A stretch of DNA of 64,000 nucleotides from an uncultured Gemmatimonadales bacterium. Lineage in GTDB: Bacteria > Gemmatimonadota > Gemmatimonadetes > Longimicrobiales > Gaopeijiaceae. Location of the stretch: assembly GCA_963823035.1 (NCBI GenBank), contig CAWGKG010000010.1, positions 288,001 through 352,000 of the forward strand, given 5' to 3'. The number at the start of each line of letters is the position of its first letter. Positions within the stretch are counted from its first letter, which is position 1. Under the pieces are notes generated by a model that searched no databases, was not told the DNA's origin, and worked only from the letters and a program-made list of their open reading frames with translations. Positions 1-10,403 of this stretch are shown here, piece after piece. The translations under genes and the position numbers were made by a program.

Positions 1-818
1 GCTGGGACATGACGCTCAACTGGAGCAAGAACAACAACGAGGTGGTGCAGCTGTACGGGGATCTCCAGAACCTCGTGCTGGGCGGGATGTGGAGCCTGAA
101 CATCGAGGCCCGTCCCGGGGAGCCGTACGGCGTCATGTTCGGCAACGGCTACCTGCGGTGCACGCAGGCGCTCGTCGCCGATGGCAGCTGCAACACGTCG
201 CAGCTGGGCATGGAGATGCTGGATGCGGACGGGTATCCGAAGATCGACCCCGTGCGCAGGATCCTCGGCAAGTACACGCCGGACTGGAGCGGCGGCATCC
301 AGAACCGCTTCAGCTACGGGCCCTTCGAGCTGAGCACGCTCTTCGACGGCCAGTACGGCGGCAACGTCTTCTCCGTGACCGACTGGTTCGGCACGCAGGC
401 GGGTGTTCTGGAGCGTACGCTGCGGGGTCGCGAGGAGGACGTCTGCCTCCCCGGCATCGTGGAACGCGGAGTTCTCCCGGACGGCACCACGAACGGCGAG
501 GGTGGCTCGGAGGTTTCGCTCTGCTCCGAGGACTACTTCCACAATTGGTGGAACAACCAGGAAACGGCGGTCGACGATGCCTCCTACCTGAAGTTCCGGG
601 AGGCGCGCCTGACCTATCGGATCCCCGAGTCCTTCATGGAGCGTCTGGGCTTCTCCCAAGGGGACATCTCCATCATCGGACGGAACCTGTACCTGTGGGC
701 GAAGACGCCCAACATCGATCCCGAGACCGCCTACGACGCCAGCAACGTCCAGGGGCTCGAGTCCGGGCAGTTCCCGACGGCGCGCAGCCTCGGGTTCTCC
801 ATGACGATCCGGCCGTGA
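1..818 (+). CDS. SusC/RagA family TonB-dependent outer membrane protein, C-terminal part (5' end outside window)
   Basis: Motifs PDWSGGIQNRF, DASYLKFREARLTY, GRNLYLW, DPET, FPTARSLGF typical of SusC barrel ends; directly followed by a SusD-like gene. Confidence 0.9.
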   Translation, partial: WDMTLNWSKNNNEVVQLYGDLQNLVLGGMWSLNIEARPGEPYGVMFGNGYLRCTQALVADGSCNTSQLGMEMLDADGYPKIDPVRRILGKYTPDWSGGIQNRFSYGPFELSTLFDGQYGGNVFSVTDWFGTQAGVLERTLRGREEDVCLPGIVERGVLPDGTTNGEGGSEVSLCSEDYFHNWWNNQETAVDDASYLKFREARLTYRIPESFMERLGFSQGDISIIGRNLYLWAKTPNIDPETAYDASNVQGLESGQFPTARSLGFSMTIRP

Positions 819-834
819 CCACGGGAGGCACACG

Positions 835-2298
835 ATGAACAGACACATGCTGATCCGTGGCGCGATGGTTGCCGGACTCGCTTTGGGTCTCGGCGCCTGC
901 GACCGCGGTCTCACCGACGTCAACCTCAACCCCAACGCCCCCACGGACGTGGGAGCGGCCTATCTGCTCCCCAACGCGATCCAGGCGTCCGTACGCACGG
1001 TGTTCGGCGCGGGGATGATGCTCTCGCACACCAGCATCTGGCCGCAGCAGACGGTCCAGATCCAGTACCAGGCTGAGGAGATCGGCCAGGTCCGGCCCGC
1101 CACCATGCAGGCGTGGTGGGACAACTTCTACGCCGGATACCTGACGGACACGAAGTCCGTGATCGACAAGGGCACGGCGAGTGGAAGCGGCAACGTCCAG
1201 GGGGTCGGCCTCATCTGGAGGGCCTGGCTCTTCTCCCAGTTGACCGACCTGTTCGGCGACGTGCCGTACTCGGAGGCCCTCCAGGGCGCCGAGAACACGA
1301 TGCCGGCGTACGACACGCAGCAGCAGGTCTACGCGGGCATGTTCCAGGACCTCGCGGACGGTGCGGCGATGCTCGGCACCACAGGCGACTTCGGTTCCGG
1401 CGATCTCCTCTACGACAACGATTTCGCCAAGTGGAAGAAGTTCGCCAACTCACTGCGGATGAGGTTCGCGATGCGCCTCTCCGAGGTGGATCCCGCGACA
1501 GCCCGGGCCGAGTTCGCCGCGGCGTACTCCGCGGGCGGCTTCACGAGCAACGACGACGACGCGATGCTCGAGTATCCCGGCGCCCCCTACCGGAACCCGC
1601 TGTTCGAGAACGCCCTGTGCGGTGCCGGGAACCGGGACGACCACGGGATGAGCGCGACGATGGTCGACACGCTCAAGTCGTTCAACGATCCGCGCCTGCC
1701 GCTCTACGCCCAGCCGGCCACCATCGACGGGGAGTACCGGGGGCTGGCGAACGGCATTCGGCAGCCGCCGCTGTCGCTTCCCTACTATTCCAGGATCGGG
1801 AACTTCTGGCGGTGCAACGGAGCGGCGACCCCCTCCTCGGTCATGACGTACTCCGAGGTGCTCTTCCTCGAGGCGGAAGCGGCCGCGCGCGGTTGGATCG
1901 CCGGGGACGCCGGGGCGCTCTACACCGAGGCCATCCGGCAGAACATGCACCAGTACGAGCCCTGGGGCCCGCCGGTGACGGTCACGGATGCCGAGGTCGA
2001 CGCCTATCTGGCGCAGCCGCGCGTCGCGTGGGCCGGTGGCGACGCCGGGATGAGACAGCTCCACCTGCAGAAGTGGATCTCCCTCTTCATGCAGGGCAAC
2101 GAAGCTTGGGCGAACTGGCGCCGCGTCCGCGTTCCGGAGCTGAAGGCCGGTCCGGACCTGCTGGTCGCGAGCATCCCGGTGCGCATGATCTACCCGGACA
2201 ACGAGCAGTCGCTCAACCAGACCAACCTGATGGCGGCCGTGTCCCGTCAGGGTGGTGGTCTCGACCTCGTGACGCCGGTGTGGTGGGACGTGCACTGA
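835..2298 (+). CDS. SusD/RagB family nutrient-binding outer membrane lipoprotein
   Basis: Lipobox LGLGAC; LTDLFGDVPYSEA, WKKFANSLRMR, QKWISLF, EAWANWRR and terminal VWWD motifs; GGAGG RBS. Confidence 0.92.
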   Translation: MNRHMLIRGAMVAGLALGLGACDRGLTDVNLNPNAPTDVGAAYLLPNAIQASVRTVFGAGMMLSHTSIWPQQTVQIQYQAEEIGQVRPATMQAWWDNFYAGYLTDTKSVIDKGTASGSGNVQGVGLIWRAWLFSQLTDLFGDVPYSEALQGAENTMPAYDTQQQVYAGMFQDLADGAAMLGTTGDFGSGDLLYDNDFAKWKKFANSLRMRFAMRLSEVDPATARAEFAAAYSAGGFTSNDDDAMLEYPGAPYRNPLFENALCGAGNRDDHGMSATMVDTLKSFNDPRLPLYAQPATIDGEYRGLANGIRQPPLSLPYYSRIGNFWRCNGAATPSSVMTYSEVLFLEAEAAARGWIAGDAGALYTEAIRQNMHQYEPWGPPVTVTDAEVDAYLAQPRVAWAGGDAGMRQLHLQKWISLFMQGNEAWANWRRVRVPELKAGPDLLVASIPVRMIYPDNEQSLNQTNLMAAVSRQGGGLDLVTPVWWDVH

Positions 2299-2331
2299 TC
2301 GTTCCGCCCGACTCGATCGGGGCATGACGCG

Positions 2332-2368
2332 ACGCCCCCCCGGAGCGATCCGGGGGGGCGTTCGTTCG
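2332..2368. terminator. Intrinsic terminator-like hairpin between convergent genes
   Basis: CGCCCCCCCGGA-GCGA-TCCGGGGGGGCG followed by TTCGTTCG. Confidence 0.7.
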
Positions 2369-2393
2369 TCGCGGTCGGGCGGCGCGGTGTCCG

Positions 2394-2862
2394 CTACGCC
2401 GCTTGCTGCGAGCGCAGGAAGACGAGGATCAGCCCCTCGGCGTGGGTCCGGTACCCGGGGCGGGTGGTGAAGCCCATCGGGTAGACCTCCACGCGGTGGA
2501 TGTCGGAAGCGCGCAGCGACTCGAGGATGCAGGTGTCGGTCGCGCGCGCACCGTCGACGTAGACGTCCGGGTTGACGAGGCCGTAGAAGCTGGCGCTTCC
2601 ACGGAGCGAGATCTCCGGGCACCTGCCCCGAAGCCCTGTGCAGGCGGAACGACGGGACCTTCCCGCGCATCGTCTCCAGGAGCGAACCCTGCCCGTCGCC
2701 GAGGGCCGAACCCATCAGGACGACGGCGCCCTTCTCCCTGAACACGCCGTCCGAGGGCGAGGGCCGGTCGGTGGCCTGCTTCTTCATCGGTCCGCCGCAG
2801 GCGGCCATGAGGGGAAGGAGGACCAACAGGAGCTTCGAGACGACACCGTGACGTGTGCCCAT
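2394..2862 (-). CDS. Small lipoprotein with TonB-dependent receptor plug-like domain (frameshift near 2625)
   Basis: MGTRHGVVSKLLLVLLPLMAAC lipobox; after the shift PEISLRGSASFYGLVNPDVYVDG...DIHRVEVYP...GLILVFLR, a plug-domain pattern; TAG at 2394. Confidence 0.65.
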
Positions 2863-3086
2863 GGTTTCGCTGCCTCGCCGGCAACGTTGCCGACAGCCTG
2901 ATCTGGGGGACCGACGCTTCCCGCTCGAAGGAGCGCGCGCCGTCCTCCCCACCGTTCCAACCGATTCTTACGCCACGAGGCTACGACCGCTTACCCCGAC
3001 GGGGCGCCTGGGGACGTACCGCCCGGGGACGCCACCATGTCGCGTCCGGCGACGCGGTGTCAACGGTCTTCGACTACCACGGGCTG

Positions 3087-3767
3087 CTAGGTCAGCTCGT
3101 CCACGCTCTCGATGATCGTCCCCGCGAGGCCGTACTCCACGGCGGCCTCGGCGTCCAGCCAGAAATTGCGGCGCGTGTCATCGACGATGCGCTCGATCGA
3201 CTGGCCGGTCCGCTCCGAGAACATGCGGTTCAGGCGCTCGCGCATCTTCACGATCTCCTTCGCCTCGATGGCGAGGTCCGACGCCGAGCCCCGCGAGCCG
3301 CCCGCCGGCTGGTGGAGGAGGAACCGCGTGTTCGGGAGCGCGAAGCGACGGTCCCTCGGGACGGCCACATAGATGAGCGCGCCCGCGCTCGCGACCCAGC
3401 CCGTGCCCACCATGCGGACCGGTGCCCGGATGAAGCGTACCATGTCGTGGATGGTGTCGCCGGACTCGACGTGGCCGCCCTGAGAGTTGATGAAGATCGT
3501 AATGGTGGTGTCGGACTCGGACGACATGGCCAGGAGCTGGCCCATCACCTCCGAAGCGAGCCTCTGGTTGATCTCGCCGCTGATGATCAGCGTGCGGGCC
3601 TTGAAGAGACGTTCGCGCAGCCCCTCGGTCCAGCGCGTCGACGTCGGACGCTGGTGCTCCTCGTCCTGGTCCTCGTCCTCGTCGTCGCCTTGCAGTGAGG
3701 CGGTGGGGCGGCCGGCGTCGGGTCGCATCCCGTGTCGCGGATCCCACGTGCTACGGCTCTCGGTCAT
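3087..3767 (-). CDS. clpP: ATP-dependent Clp protease proteolytic subunit (ClpP2-like paralogue)
   Basis: FINSQGG, catalytic Ser in VASAG, His in LLHQP, RNFWLDAEAAVEYGL. Confidence 0.92.
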   Translation of the reverse strand: MTESRSTWDPRHGMRPDAGRPTASLQGDDEDEDQDEEHQRPTSTRWTEGLRERLFKARTLIISGEINQRLASEVMGQLLAMSSESDTTITIFINSQGGHVESGDTIHDMVRFIRAPVRMVGTGWVASAGALIYVAVPRDRRFALPNTRFLLHQPAGGSRGSASDLAIEAKEIVKMRERLNRMFSERTGQSIERIVDDTRRNFWLDAEAAVEYGLAGTIIESVDELT

Positions 3768-3881
3768 CCTCTCTCCTCGTCTTCAGGCCCCGCCGGGTGG
3801 CGCCGGCCCCTCCGGTTTTTCCGCACGCCGAGCCTCGAACGTCGTCAAGGGCCCGGCTCCCGGTCAACTGCTGCCGAGGGC

Positions 3882-5249
3882 TCATCCGACCCAAACGGTC
3901 TTCACGTTCATGAACTCGTGGATGCCGAAGGGTGAGAGCTCGCGTCCGTACCCGCTCTCCTTGATCCCGCCGAAGGGGAGGCGTGTGTCCGACTTCACGA
4001 TCCCGTTCACGAAGCAGTTTCCCGCATCGAGGAGGTCGGCCGCGATCCGTTCGCCCTTCGCGCGGTCCGACGTGTAGACCGCTGCCCCCAGGCCGAAGAC
4101 CGTGTCGTTCGCGATGCGCACCGCGTCCGCCTCGTCCTTCGCGCGCAGGATCGTGGCCACCGGGCCGAACAGCTCTTCCCCGTAGGCCGCGATTCCGGGG
4201 CGGACGTCGGTGAGCACGGTGGGCGGATACCACGCGCCCTGGCGGTCGGGCACCACGCCGCCGAGCGCGAGGGTCGCGCCCGCCTCGACGGAGCGGACCA
4301 CCTGGTCGTGGAGCTCGTCGCGCAGGTCGACGCTCGCCATCGGCCCCAGCCGGGAGTCCGGGTCCATGGGGTCACGCATCTCGATCGCGCGCATGGCTTC
4401 GACGAAACGCTCGGTGAACGCGTCGGCGATCTCCTCGACGACCACGAAGCGCTTGGCCGCGATGCAGCTCTGCCCATTGTTGATCATCCGACCCAGCACG
4501 CAGGCGGGGACCGCGGTCTCGAGGTCGGCGTCGGAGAGCACCACGCTCGGGTCGCTCCCGCCCAGCTCCAGCACGCACTTCTTGAGGACGCTACCCGCGC
4601 GTTCGGCCACACTCCGCCCTGCGGGCACGCTCCCGGTGATGCTCACGCCGCGGATCAACTCGTGCTCGATCAGGTTCCCGGCCAGCTTGCCGCTGACGTA
4701 GACGCTGCGGAAGAGGTCGGCGGGGAAGCCCGCATCGCGGAAGAGCGTCTCGAGAGCGTCCGCGCATCCGGGCACGTTCGAGGCGTGCTTGAGGATCCCG
4801 GCGTTGCCGGCCGCCAGCGCGGGCGCCGCGAAGCGGATCACCTGCCAGAACGGGAAGTTCCACGGCATCACCGCGAGGATCACGCCGAGCGGGCGGTAGG
4901 TCCAATAGCTCTTCCAGGCGTCCGTCTCGACCGGCACCGGCTCGAGGAAGGATGCCCCGTGCTCCGCGTAGTAGTCGGCCGCCGTGGCGCACTTCTCCGC
5001 CTCCGAGATCGCCTGGGAGATCGGCTTGCCCATCTCCGCGGTCATCACGCGGCCGTACTCGTCCTTTCGTTCACGCAGCAGTCGACCCAGAGCGCGTAGC
5101 GGCTCGGCACGTTCCGCGAAGGGGGTCTCACGCCACGCGACGTGGGCGGCATCGGCGGCCCGGACGATGGCGTCGACCTCGTCGGGTGGCGTAGCGGCCC
5201 GCGTGGCGAGGGTCTGTCCGGTGGTGGGGTTGACGGCGGTGTAGCTCAT
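3882..5249 (-). CDS. NAD(P)-dependent succinate-semialdehyde dehydrogenase family aldehyde dehydrogenase
   Basis: MPWNFPFWQ, ITGS, LELGGSD, GQSCIAAKR, EELFGP, PFGGIKESGYGRE; start taken at MSYTAVNP. Confidence 0.9.
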   Translation of the reverse strand: MSYTAVNPTTGQTLATRAATPPDEVDAIVRAADAAHVAWRETPFAERAEPLRALGRLLRERKDEYGRVMTAEMGKPISQAISEAEKCATAADYYAEHGASFLEPVPVETDAWKSYWTYRPLGVILAVMPWNFPFWQVIRFAAPALAAGNAGILKHASNVPGCADALETLFRDAGFPADLFRSVYVSGKLAGNLIEHELIRGVSITGSVPAGRSVAERAGSVLKKCVLELGGSDPSVVLSDADLETAVPACVLGRMINNGQSCIAAKRFVVVEEIADAFTERFVEAMRAIEMRDPMDPDSRLGPMASVDLRDELHDQVVRSVEAGATLALGGVVPDRQGAWYPPTVLTDVRPGIAAYGEELFGPVATILRAKDEADAVRIANDTVFGLGAAVYTSDRAKGERIAADLLDAGNCFVNGIVKSDTRLPFGGIKESGYGRELSPFGIHEFMNVKTVWVG

Positions 5250-5260
5250 GGAGGCACTCC

Positions 5261-5347
5261 ACTGTTTTCCCCTCTGCGTCCTCTGCGTCCTCTGTGGTGA
5301 AACTGCTTTTACCACAGAGGACGCAGAGGACGCAGAGGGACTGCTTT
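5261..5347. repeat. REP-like perfect 29-bp inverted repeat built from tandem 9-mers
   Basis: CCCTCTGCGTCCTCTGCGTCCTCTGTGGT (5270-5298) and its exact reverse complement (5311-5339); ACTGYTTT at 5261, 5302 and 5340. Confidence 0.85.
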
Positions 5348-5400
5348 ATTGGGGGTGGTCGTCGGGTCACCATGCCGTACCCCCACCACCCCCACCCGTG

Positions 5401-8068
5401 TCATTCCGCCCTGAGCGCCTCCACCGGATCGAGGCGGCTCGCCCGCCAGGCGGGAATCCAGCTCGCCGCCGCGGCCACGCCGACCAGGAGGACGGCCACG
5501 ATCCCCATCGTCGTGGGATCCACCGCCGCCACCTCGAAGAGCATCCCCTTCAGGGCTGCACCCACCGGCACCGCGAGGCCGAGGCCGACGGCCGCGCCCA
5601 CCAGGACCGGGACGAGCGCCTGGCGGACCACGAGTCGGCGGACGCCGCCGGCGTCGGCTCCGAGCGCCACGCGCAGCCCGATCTCCTGGGTGCGCTCGTT
5701 CACCGTGAAGGAGACGACCGCGTAGATGCCGACGGCCGCGAGGGCGAGGGCGAAGAACGCGAAGATGGACAGGAAGAGGGTGGTGGCCCGGCGGGTTGCG
5801 GCGGCCAAAGCGAAGGCCTCGTCCACCGTCTGGATCGCGTAGACGGGTTGGTCGGCGTCCATCTCCTGGACCGTCCGGCGGATGGCGGGCAGCACGGAAC
5901 GTGGCTCGACGTCGGTGCGCGCGAGGAGGAAGAGCTGGTTCGCTCCGTCGCCGAGTTGTGCGGCCAGCCCGAAGATCTCAGGCTCGGGTGGGCGGTCGAG
6001 CCCCCGGTTCTGGGTCGCGCCCACCACGCCGATGATCTCGAACCAGGGCGCGTCGGCGTCCGGTCCGCCGATCTTCAGCCGGCGGCCGACGGCGTTCTCG
6101 TCGGGGAAGTACCGACGTGCCGCCACCTCGTTGATCACCGCGACGAGCGGCGATCCCGGGGCGTCGCGTCCGTCGAACGTGCGCCCCGAACGGAGCGGGA
6201 TCCCGAGCGTCTCGAAGTATCCGGCCGTGACGGTCGTCGTCAGCGCGCGGGGTAGTGTCTGCTCGTCCGACGGCGCACCCCCCTCGAACCACAGCTCCCG
6301 GAAGGAGAAGCCGAGCGGCGGGAACTGAGAGGCCGCGGCCGCCATCCGCACGCCGGGCACACCCTGCACGCGCTCCGTGAGCTCCTGGAAGAAGGCGGGT
6401 ACGGCGTCGCCGGAGTACTTGTCGCGGGGAAGCGTCAGGCGCATGGTCAGCACCTGGTCGGAGGCGAAGCCGGTGTCCACCCGGCTCAGGCGCACGAAGC
6501 TGTTCACGAGGAGGCCGCCGCCGGCCAGGAGGACGAACGCGAGCGCGACCTCCGCGCCCACGAGCGTGCGCTGGAGCCGCTGGCGGCTCCGCCCGGCGGT
6601 CGAGCCCTTCCCCTCCGACTGCAGGACGCTCGAGATCTCGGCCCGCGACGCCTGGAAGGCGGGTACGAGCCCGAACACGACGCCCGCCGCCATCGCCACC
6701 GCCGCCGTGAACGCGAGCACCGGTCCGTTCATCTCCACCGTCCCGGCCAGCGGGAGCGCGAGCGTGGCCAGGAGCGCGCGCACGCCGGCGTTGCCGAGGC
6801 GCGCGAGCCCGACGCCGACCACGCCCCCGAGGAGGGCGAGCACCAGGCTCTCCGTGAGCAGCTGCCCGAGCAGTCGACCGCGCCCGGCGCCCATCGCCGT
6901 GCGCACGGCCATCTCGCGGCGTCGGCCCTGCGCCCTGGCCAGCAGGAGGTTCGCGGTGTTCGCGCACACCAGGATCAGCACGAAGCCCACCGCGCCCATG
7001 AGGATGAACGCCCCGCCGCGGAAGGGGCGCGAGCTGACCTGGTTCCACGTCAGGGCCCGCATCGTCCAACCCTCGTATTCCTCGAACTCGGCCGCGTAGG
7101 CCTGCTCGGTGCGGCGGGCGAGCCCCTCGAGCTCCGTGTTCACGGCGCGCAGGTCCGAGCCCTCACGGACGCGGGCGATGAGCTGGAACTGCCTCCGGTT
7201 GCGTGGATAGCGGTCCGGTCCCACCGGCATGAGCGTCCACAGGTCCATCCCGTAGAGGTCCACCCCCTCGGGGAGGATGCCCACCAGCGTGTACGGGGAG
7301 TCGTTGATCAGGATCTTGTTTCCCACCATCGAGGAGTCGGCGCCGAAGCGGTCGCGCCAGATCCGGTAGCTGAGGAGCGCCACGTTCGCCCCGTTCGCGA
7401 CCTCCTCGTCGCTGAAGCCGCGCCCCAGCTGCGCCTTCATCCCCAGCGTGCGCAGGGCGTCTCCCCACCAGAATCCGGTGAAGACGTTCTGCGGCGTGCC
7501 CTCGCCGGAGATCTGCCGGTTCCCCATGTCCCACGCCACCACGTCCTCCAGCGTGCGGCTGTCGTCGCGCACGTCCATGTATTCGGCGGGCGACAGGTTC
7601 TCCCAGAAGGACAGGTCTCCGCCCAGCTTCGGGTAGGCCGTGCCGACGCCCACGATCCGGCCGGGCTCGGGGAAGGGGAAGGGGTCGAGGATGAGCCCGT
7701 AGACCACGCTGAAGATGGTCGTGTTCGCGCCGATGCCGAGCCCGAGCGTCAGCACGACCACCGCGCTGAACCCGAGGTTCTTGCGCGCGGTGCGCAGCGC
7801 GTGGCGGATATTCTGCACCAGTGTGCCCATCGTCCCGTCCCCCTTTGCGTGTACCGTGGTGGTCCGCCGCGCGACGCGCAGCCGATAGCCCAGGTTGGCC
7901 TTTGCAGACCCGAGGGCTTGCCTCCAGTACCAGGCGCGAGCGCCGGCGCGGCGCCGCGCCAGGCGCTCGTCGAACTCCTCCCGCAGATCCCCGAGCTGGT
8001 CGTCGCGCTGGGCCCCGTGCGCGGTCAGCGCGGACGAGGATCTCCGCCAGGCGGGGTGGTCGGCTCAC
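5401..8068 (-). CDS. Duplicated MacB/FtsX-type ABC permease (ADOP family); intact ORF 5401-7830, N-terminal prefix frameshifted
   Basis: LTLGLGIGANTTIFS, CANTANLLLAR...REMAVR, RTQEIGLRVALGA, PAWRASRLDPVEALRAE; upstream fragments SRPPRLAE and GDLREEF...WYWRQA. Confidence 0.88.
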
Positions 8069-8401
8069 GACGGCGTCGCCGCCGTCGAGGGCCACGCCGT
8101 CCCACATGCGGGCCATCATCCCGCGGGATGCCTCCAGCGCCTGCGTGCCCTCGGGCAGGATGCGGAAGTGCCGCCGCGCGCGGCCGCCCCGGCGGGGCGT
8201 GGGGTCCCCCGCCTCGGAGGTGAGCATCCCCTTCTCCTCGAGGCGCGCGAGCGTCGCGTACACGGAGCCCACGGTCACCTCGCGGCCGGCCCGGCGCTCG
8301 ATCTCGCGGCGGATCGACATCCCGTAGCCATCCCCCCTGAGCCGTGCCACGGCCAGGAGCACCACCTGCTCGAACTCACCCAGGAAGTCGCCCTTGCCCA
8401 T
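8065..8401 (-). CDS. PadR family transcriptional regulator (apparent 1-nt indel near 3' end)
   Basis: LGEFEQVVLLAV..GYG..GSVYATLARLEEKG..RGGRARRHF; expected GTGA overlap with the permease at 8065-8068 is one base out of frame. Confidence 0.88.
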
Positions 8402-8520
8402 CGATCGGTCCTCGTCTTCGGGTCGCGCTCGCCCGGCCGCGTTGGCTCGGCCTCAATTTCTACAAACTCGAATAAATAGACGAAAGGGGTGCGACGGAGG
8501 TTTCACGAAGGAACGAAGAA

Positions 8521-8549
8521 GGGCGGCCGCCCGGCTTCGGCGGCCGCCC
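8521..8549 (-). terminator. Intrinsic terminator after beta-propeller gene
   Basis: GGGCGGCCGCC-7nt-GGCGGCCGCCC; TTCTTCGTT follows on the minus strand. Confidence 0.65.
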
Positions 8550-8575
8550 CGCTCGCGCGACGGTGGGGCAGGGCC

Positions 8576-9805
8576 TCAGCCCGTGATCACGCGGTAGACC
8601 TTGAGGCTCTGCACGTCGAGCTCGTCGCGCGCCACGCCGTAGAAGCGGTCGCCCATGGCGCGGATCGGCTGGTAGCGGCCGGGAAACGTCACGATCCCGA
8701 GGTAGCGGCCCTCGGCGTCGAACACCCCCCAGTCCGTGGAGCCCATGTCCTGCACGTCGAAGGTCTCGCCCTCCCCGGCCAACTCGTCGCCGGAACGGAA
8801 GTTCTGGACCCAGACCGAGCCGTTCGGCCCCAACGCGATCGTGACGAAGGTCGGGAAGTAGTCCGCGAACTCCATCTGCTGGAGCAGCGCCTCGACCGCC
8901 TGGGGCGGCGCGCCCTGCTGCCGGGCCAGGTCGGCGATGGCGTCCTTGAAGACCTGCTTGTCGCGCTCGGTGACCGGCTTTCGCTCGGATGGGCGGGTGA
9001 TGACGCGGGAGAGGGAGCCGTCCGCGGCCCACACTTCGAAGCGCCAGGCATCGTTCATTCCGGTAAGGATCCGTCCGTCCGGATCCGCGTCCCAGATCGG
9101 CTCGGGCTCGAACTGTCGGATCCGCGCCCGCCCGCCCGTCACCTGGAAGCTCTGACCGATCGGCAGGACGGCCACGGTGTCCGGCTCCTCCCCCTCCGCC
9201 GTCAGCGTGAGGATGGGATCGCCGTGGGGCGTGGCGGTGGAGTCACCGATGTTGAGCGCCCGCTTCTGCACGATCAGCCGGCCGCCGCTGAAGGCGTCCC
9301 ACCGGAGTGGGATGCCCTGCGCGAGGTCGAGACGTTGGCTCGCGAGGGGAGCCCCTTCCAGGTCGAAGCGGTCGATGCGCTGGTTGCCGAGATCGGGCAC
9401 GAGGATCTCGTCGCCCACGACGAAGACGCCGGTGATGCCGCGTCCCATCTCGCCTGGACCCGATCCCGGGCCGCCCAGCGTGCGCAGGTACCGGCCGTTG
9501 GGGTCGTAGACGCGCACGTCCTGCGCCTGCTGGTCCGCGACGTAGACGTTTCCTGCCGGGTCCACGTCGACGCCGGCGATCGTCCCGAATTGATAGACCA
9601 CGTCACCCTCGACCGAGCCGATGGAGAGCACCTCCTCGACGGTCCAGGCGTCGCCGGGTGCCCACAGGCCCTCCGAGGGGTTGGTGATGATCGCGACCCC
9701 GGCGCTGTCGGTCTGGGTCCCGCCCCACTTCGAGGTTTCCGTGCGGGCGCAGGCATGCAGGAGCGGGGCGGTACAGAGGAGCGCCGCGATGTGTCGAACG
9801 GACAT
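8576..9805 (-). CDS. 6-bladed beta-propeller (NHL-like) lipoprotein
   Basis: Lipobox LLHAC; VDVDPAGNVYVAD, GGPGSGPGE repeats; terminal DELDVQSLKVYR. Confidence 0.8.
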   Translation of the reverse strand: MSVRHIAALLCTAPLLHACARTETSKWGGTQTDSAGVAIITNPSEGLWAPGDAWTVEEVLSIGSVEGDVVYQFGTIAGVDVDPAGNVYVADQQAQDVRVYDPNGRYLRTLGGPGSGPGEMGRGITGVFVVGDEILVPDLGNQRIDRFDLEGAPLASQRLDLAQGIPLRWDAFSGGRLIVQKRALNIGDSTATPHGDPILTLTAEGEEPDTVAVLPIGQSFQVTGGRARIRQFEPEPIWDADPDGRILTGMNDAWRFEVWAADGSLSRVITRPSERKPVTERDKQVFKDAIADLARQQGAPPQAVEALLQQMEFADYFPTFVTIALGPNGSVWVQNFRSGDELAGEGETFDVQDMGSTDWGVFDAEGRYLGIVTFPGRYQPIRAMGDRFYGVARDELDVQSLKVYRVITG

Positions 9806-9896
9806 GGGATGCGCTCGTGGCTGGAGGAGGTGGGCAGGGACGTCCCGGGTACGGATCGAGGTCGTCGTTTCTTCTCGCTTGCGATCCGCGGGATCG

Positions 9897-9924
9897 TGCT
9901 ACATATGTAGTGCTACATAGGTAG
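9897..9924. promoter_or_regulatory. Tandem palindromic operator upstream of PadR
   Basis: TGCTACATATGTAG followed immediately by TGCTACATAGGTAG; CTACATATGTAG is a perfect palindrome. Confidence 0.7.
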
Positions 9925-9971
9925 CGTCGTCCACCCGGGACGTCGCCCGCCACCACCCCGCAGGGTCCCCG

Positions 9972-10298
9972 ATGACGCCCCACGCGCGAACCCCCAGCCC
10001 CACCGCCCTCTGGCTCCTGCGCGGCATCGCCGCGGGGTCTCGCTACGGCTTCGACCTGATGGACGCGACCGCACTTCCCAGCGGGACGGTCTATCCGGCG
10101 CTCCGCCGGCTGGAGCGTGCGGGGCTCGTGGTGGCCTCGTGGGAGGAGGTGGACGTGTCGCGCGAAGCGGGCCGCCCCGCGCGCAAATACTACGCCGTGA
10201 CGGCCGCCGGACGCATGGCGATCGCGCGGGCCGCGACCGTGCTCGTCGGGGGAGACGGGGCGGCCGACGGGGCGGCGCCGGACTACCCGGCGGTGTGA
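9972..10298 (+). CDS. PadR family transcriptional regulator
   Basis: YGFDLM...LPSGTVYPALRRLERAG...GRPARKYYAVT. Confidence 0.88.
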   Translation: MTPHARTPSPTALWLLRGIAAGSRYGFDLMDATALPSGTVYPALRRLERAGLVVASWEEVDVSREAGRPARKYYAVTAAGRMAIARAATVLVGGDGAADGAAPDYPAV

Positions 10299-10337
10299 CG
10301 CCGCATGGACAACCCGCCGTGGGCCCCCTCCGATCGG

Positions 10338-10385
10338 TTGACTCCGCGGACGCCGCGGCTCATTATGACCTTAGATTCTAAGGGT
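10338..10385 (+). promoter_or_regulatory. Sigma70-type promoter with downstream palindromic operator
   Basis: TTGACT-17nt-CATTAT, then CCTTAGA-T-TCTAAGG (10369-10383). Confidence 0.7.
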
Positions 10386-10403
10386 ATCTTTCCCGGCGCT
10401 GCG

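Noticed and set aside
5261..5347. CRISPR array or LCVLCVLC peptide
   Set aside because: Only short tandem 9-mers in inverted orientation, no spacers and no cas genes; the peptides are translations of the repeat
7163..8401. Apparent PadR-permease fusion ORF (412 aa)
   Set aside because: One extra base explains it: the usual GTGA stop/start overlap is present at 8065-8068, and the ORF soon runs into non-protein-like sequence
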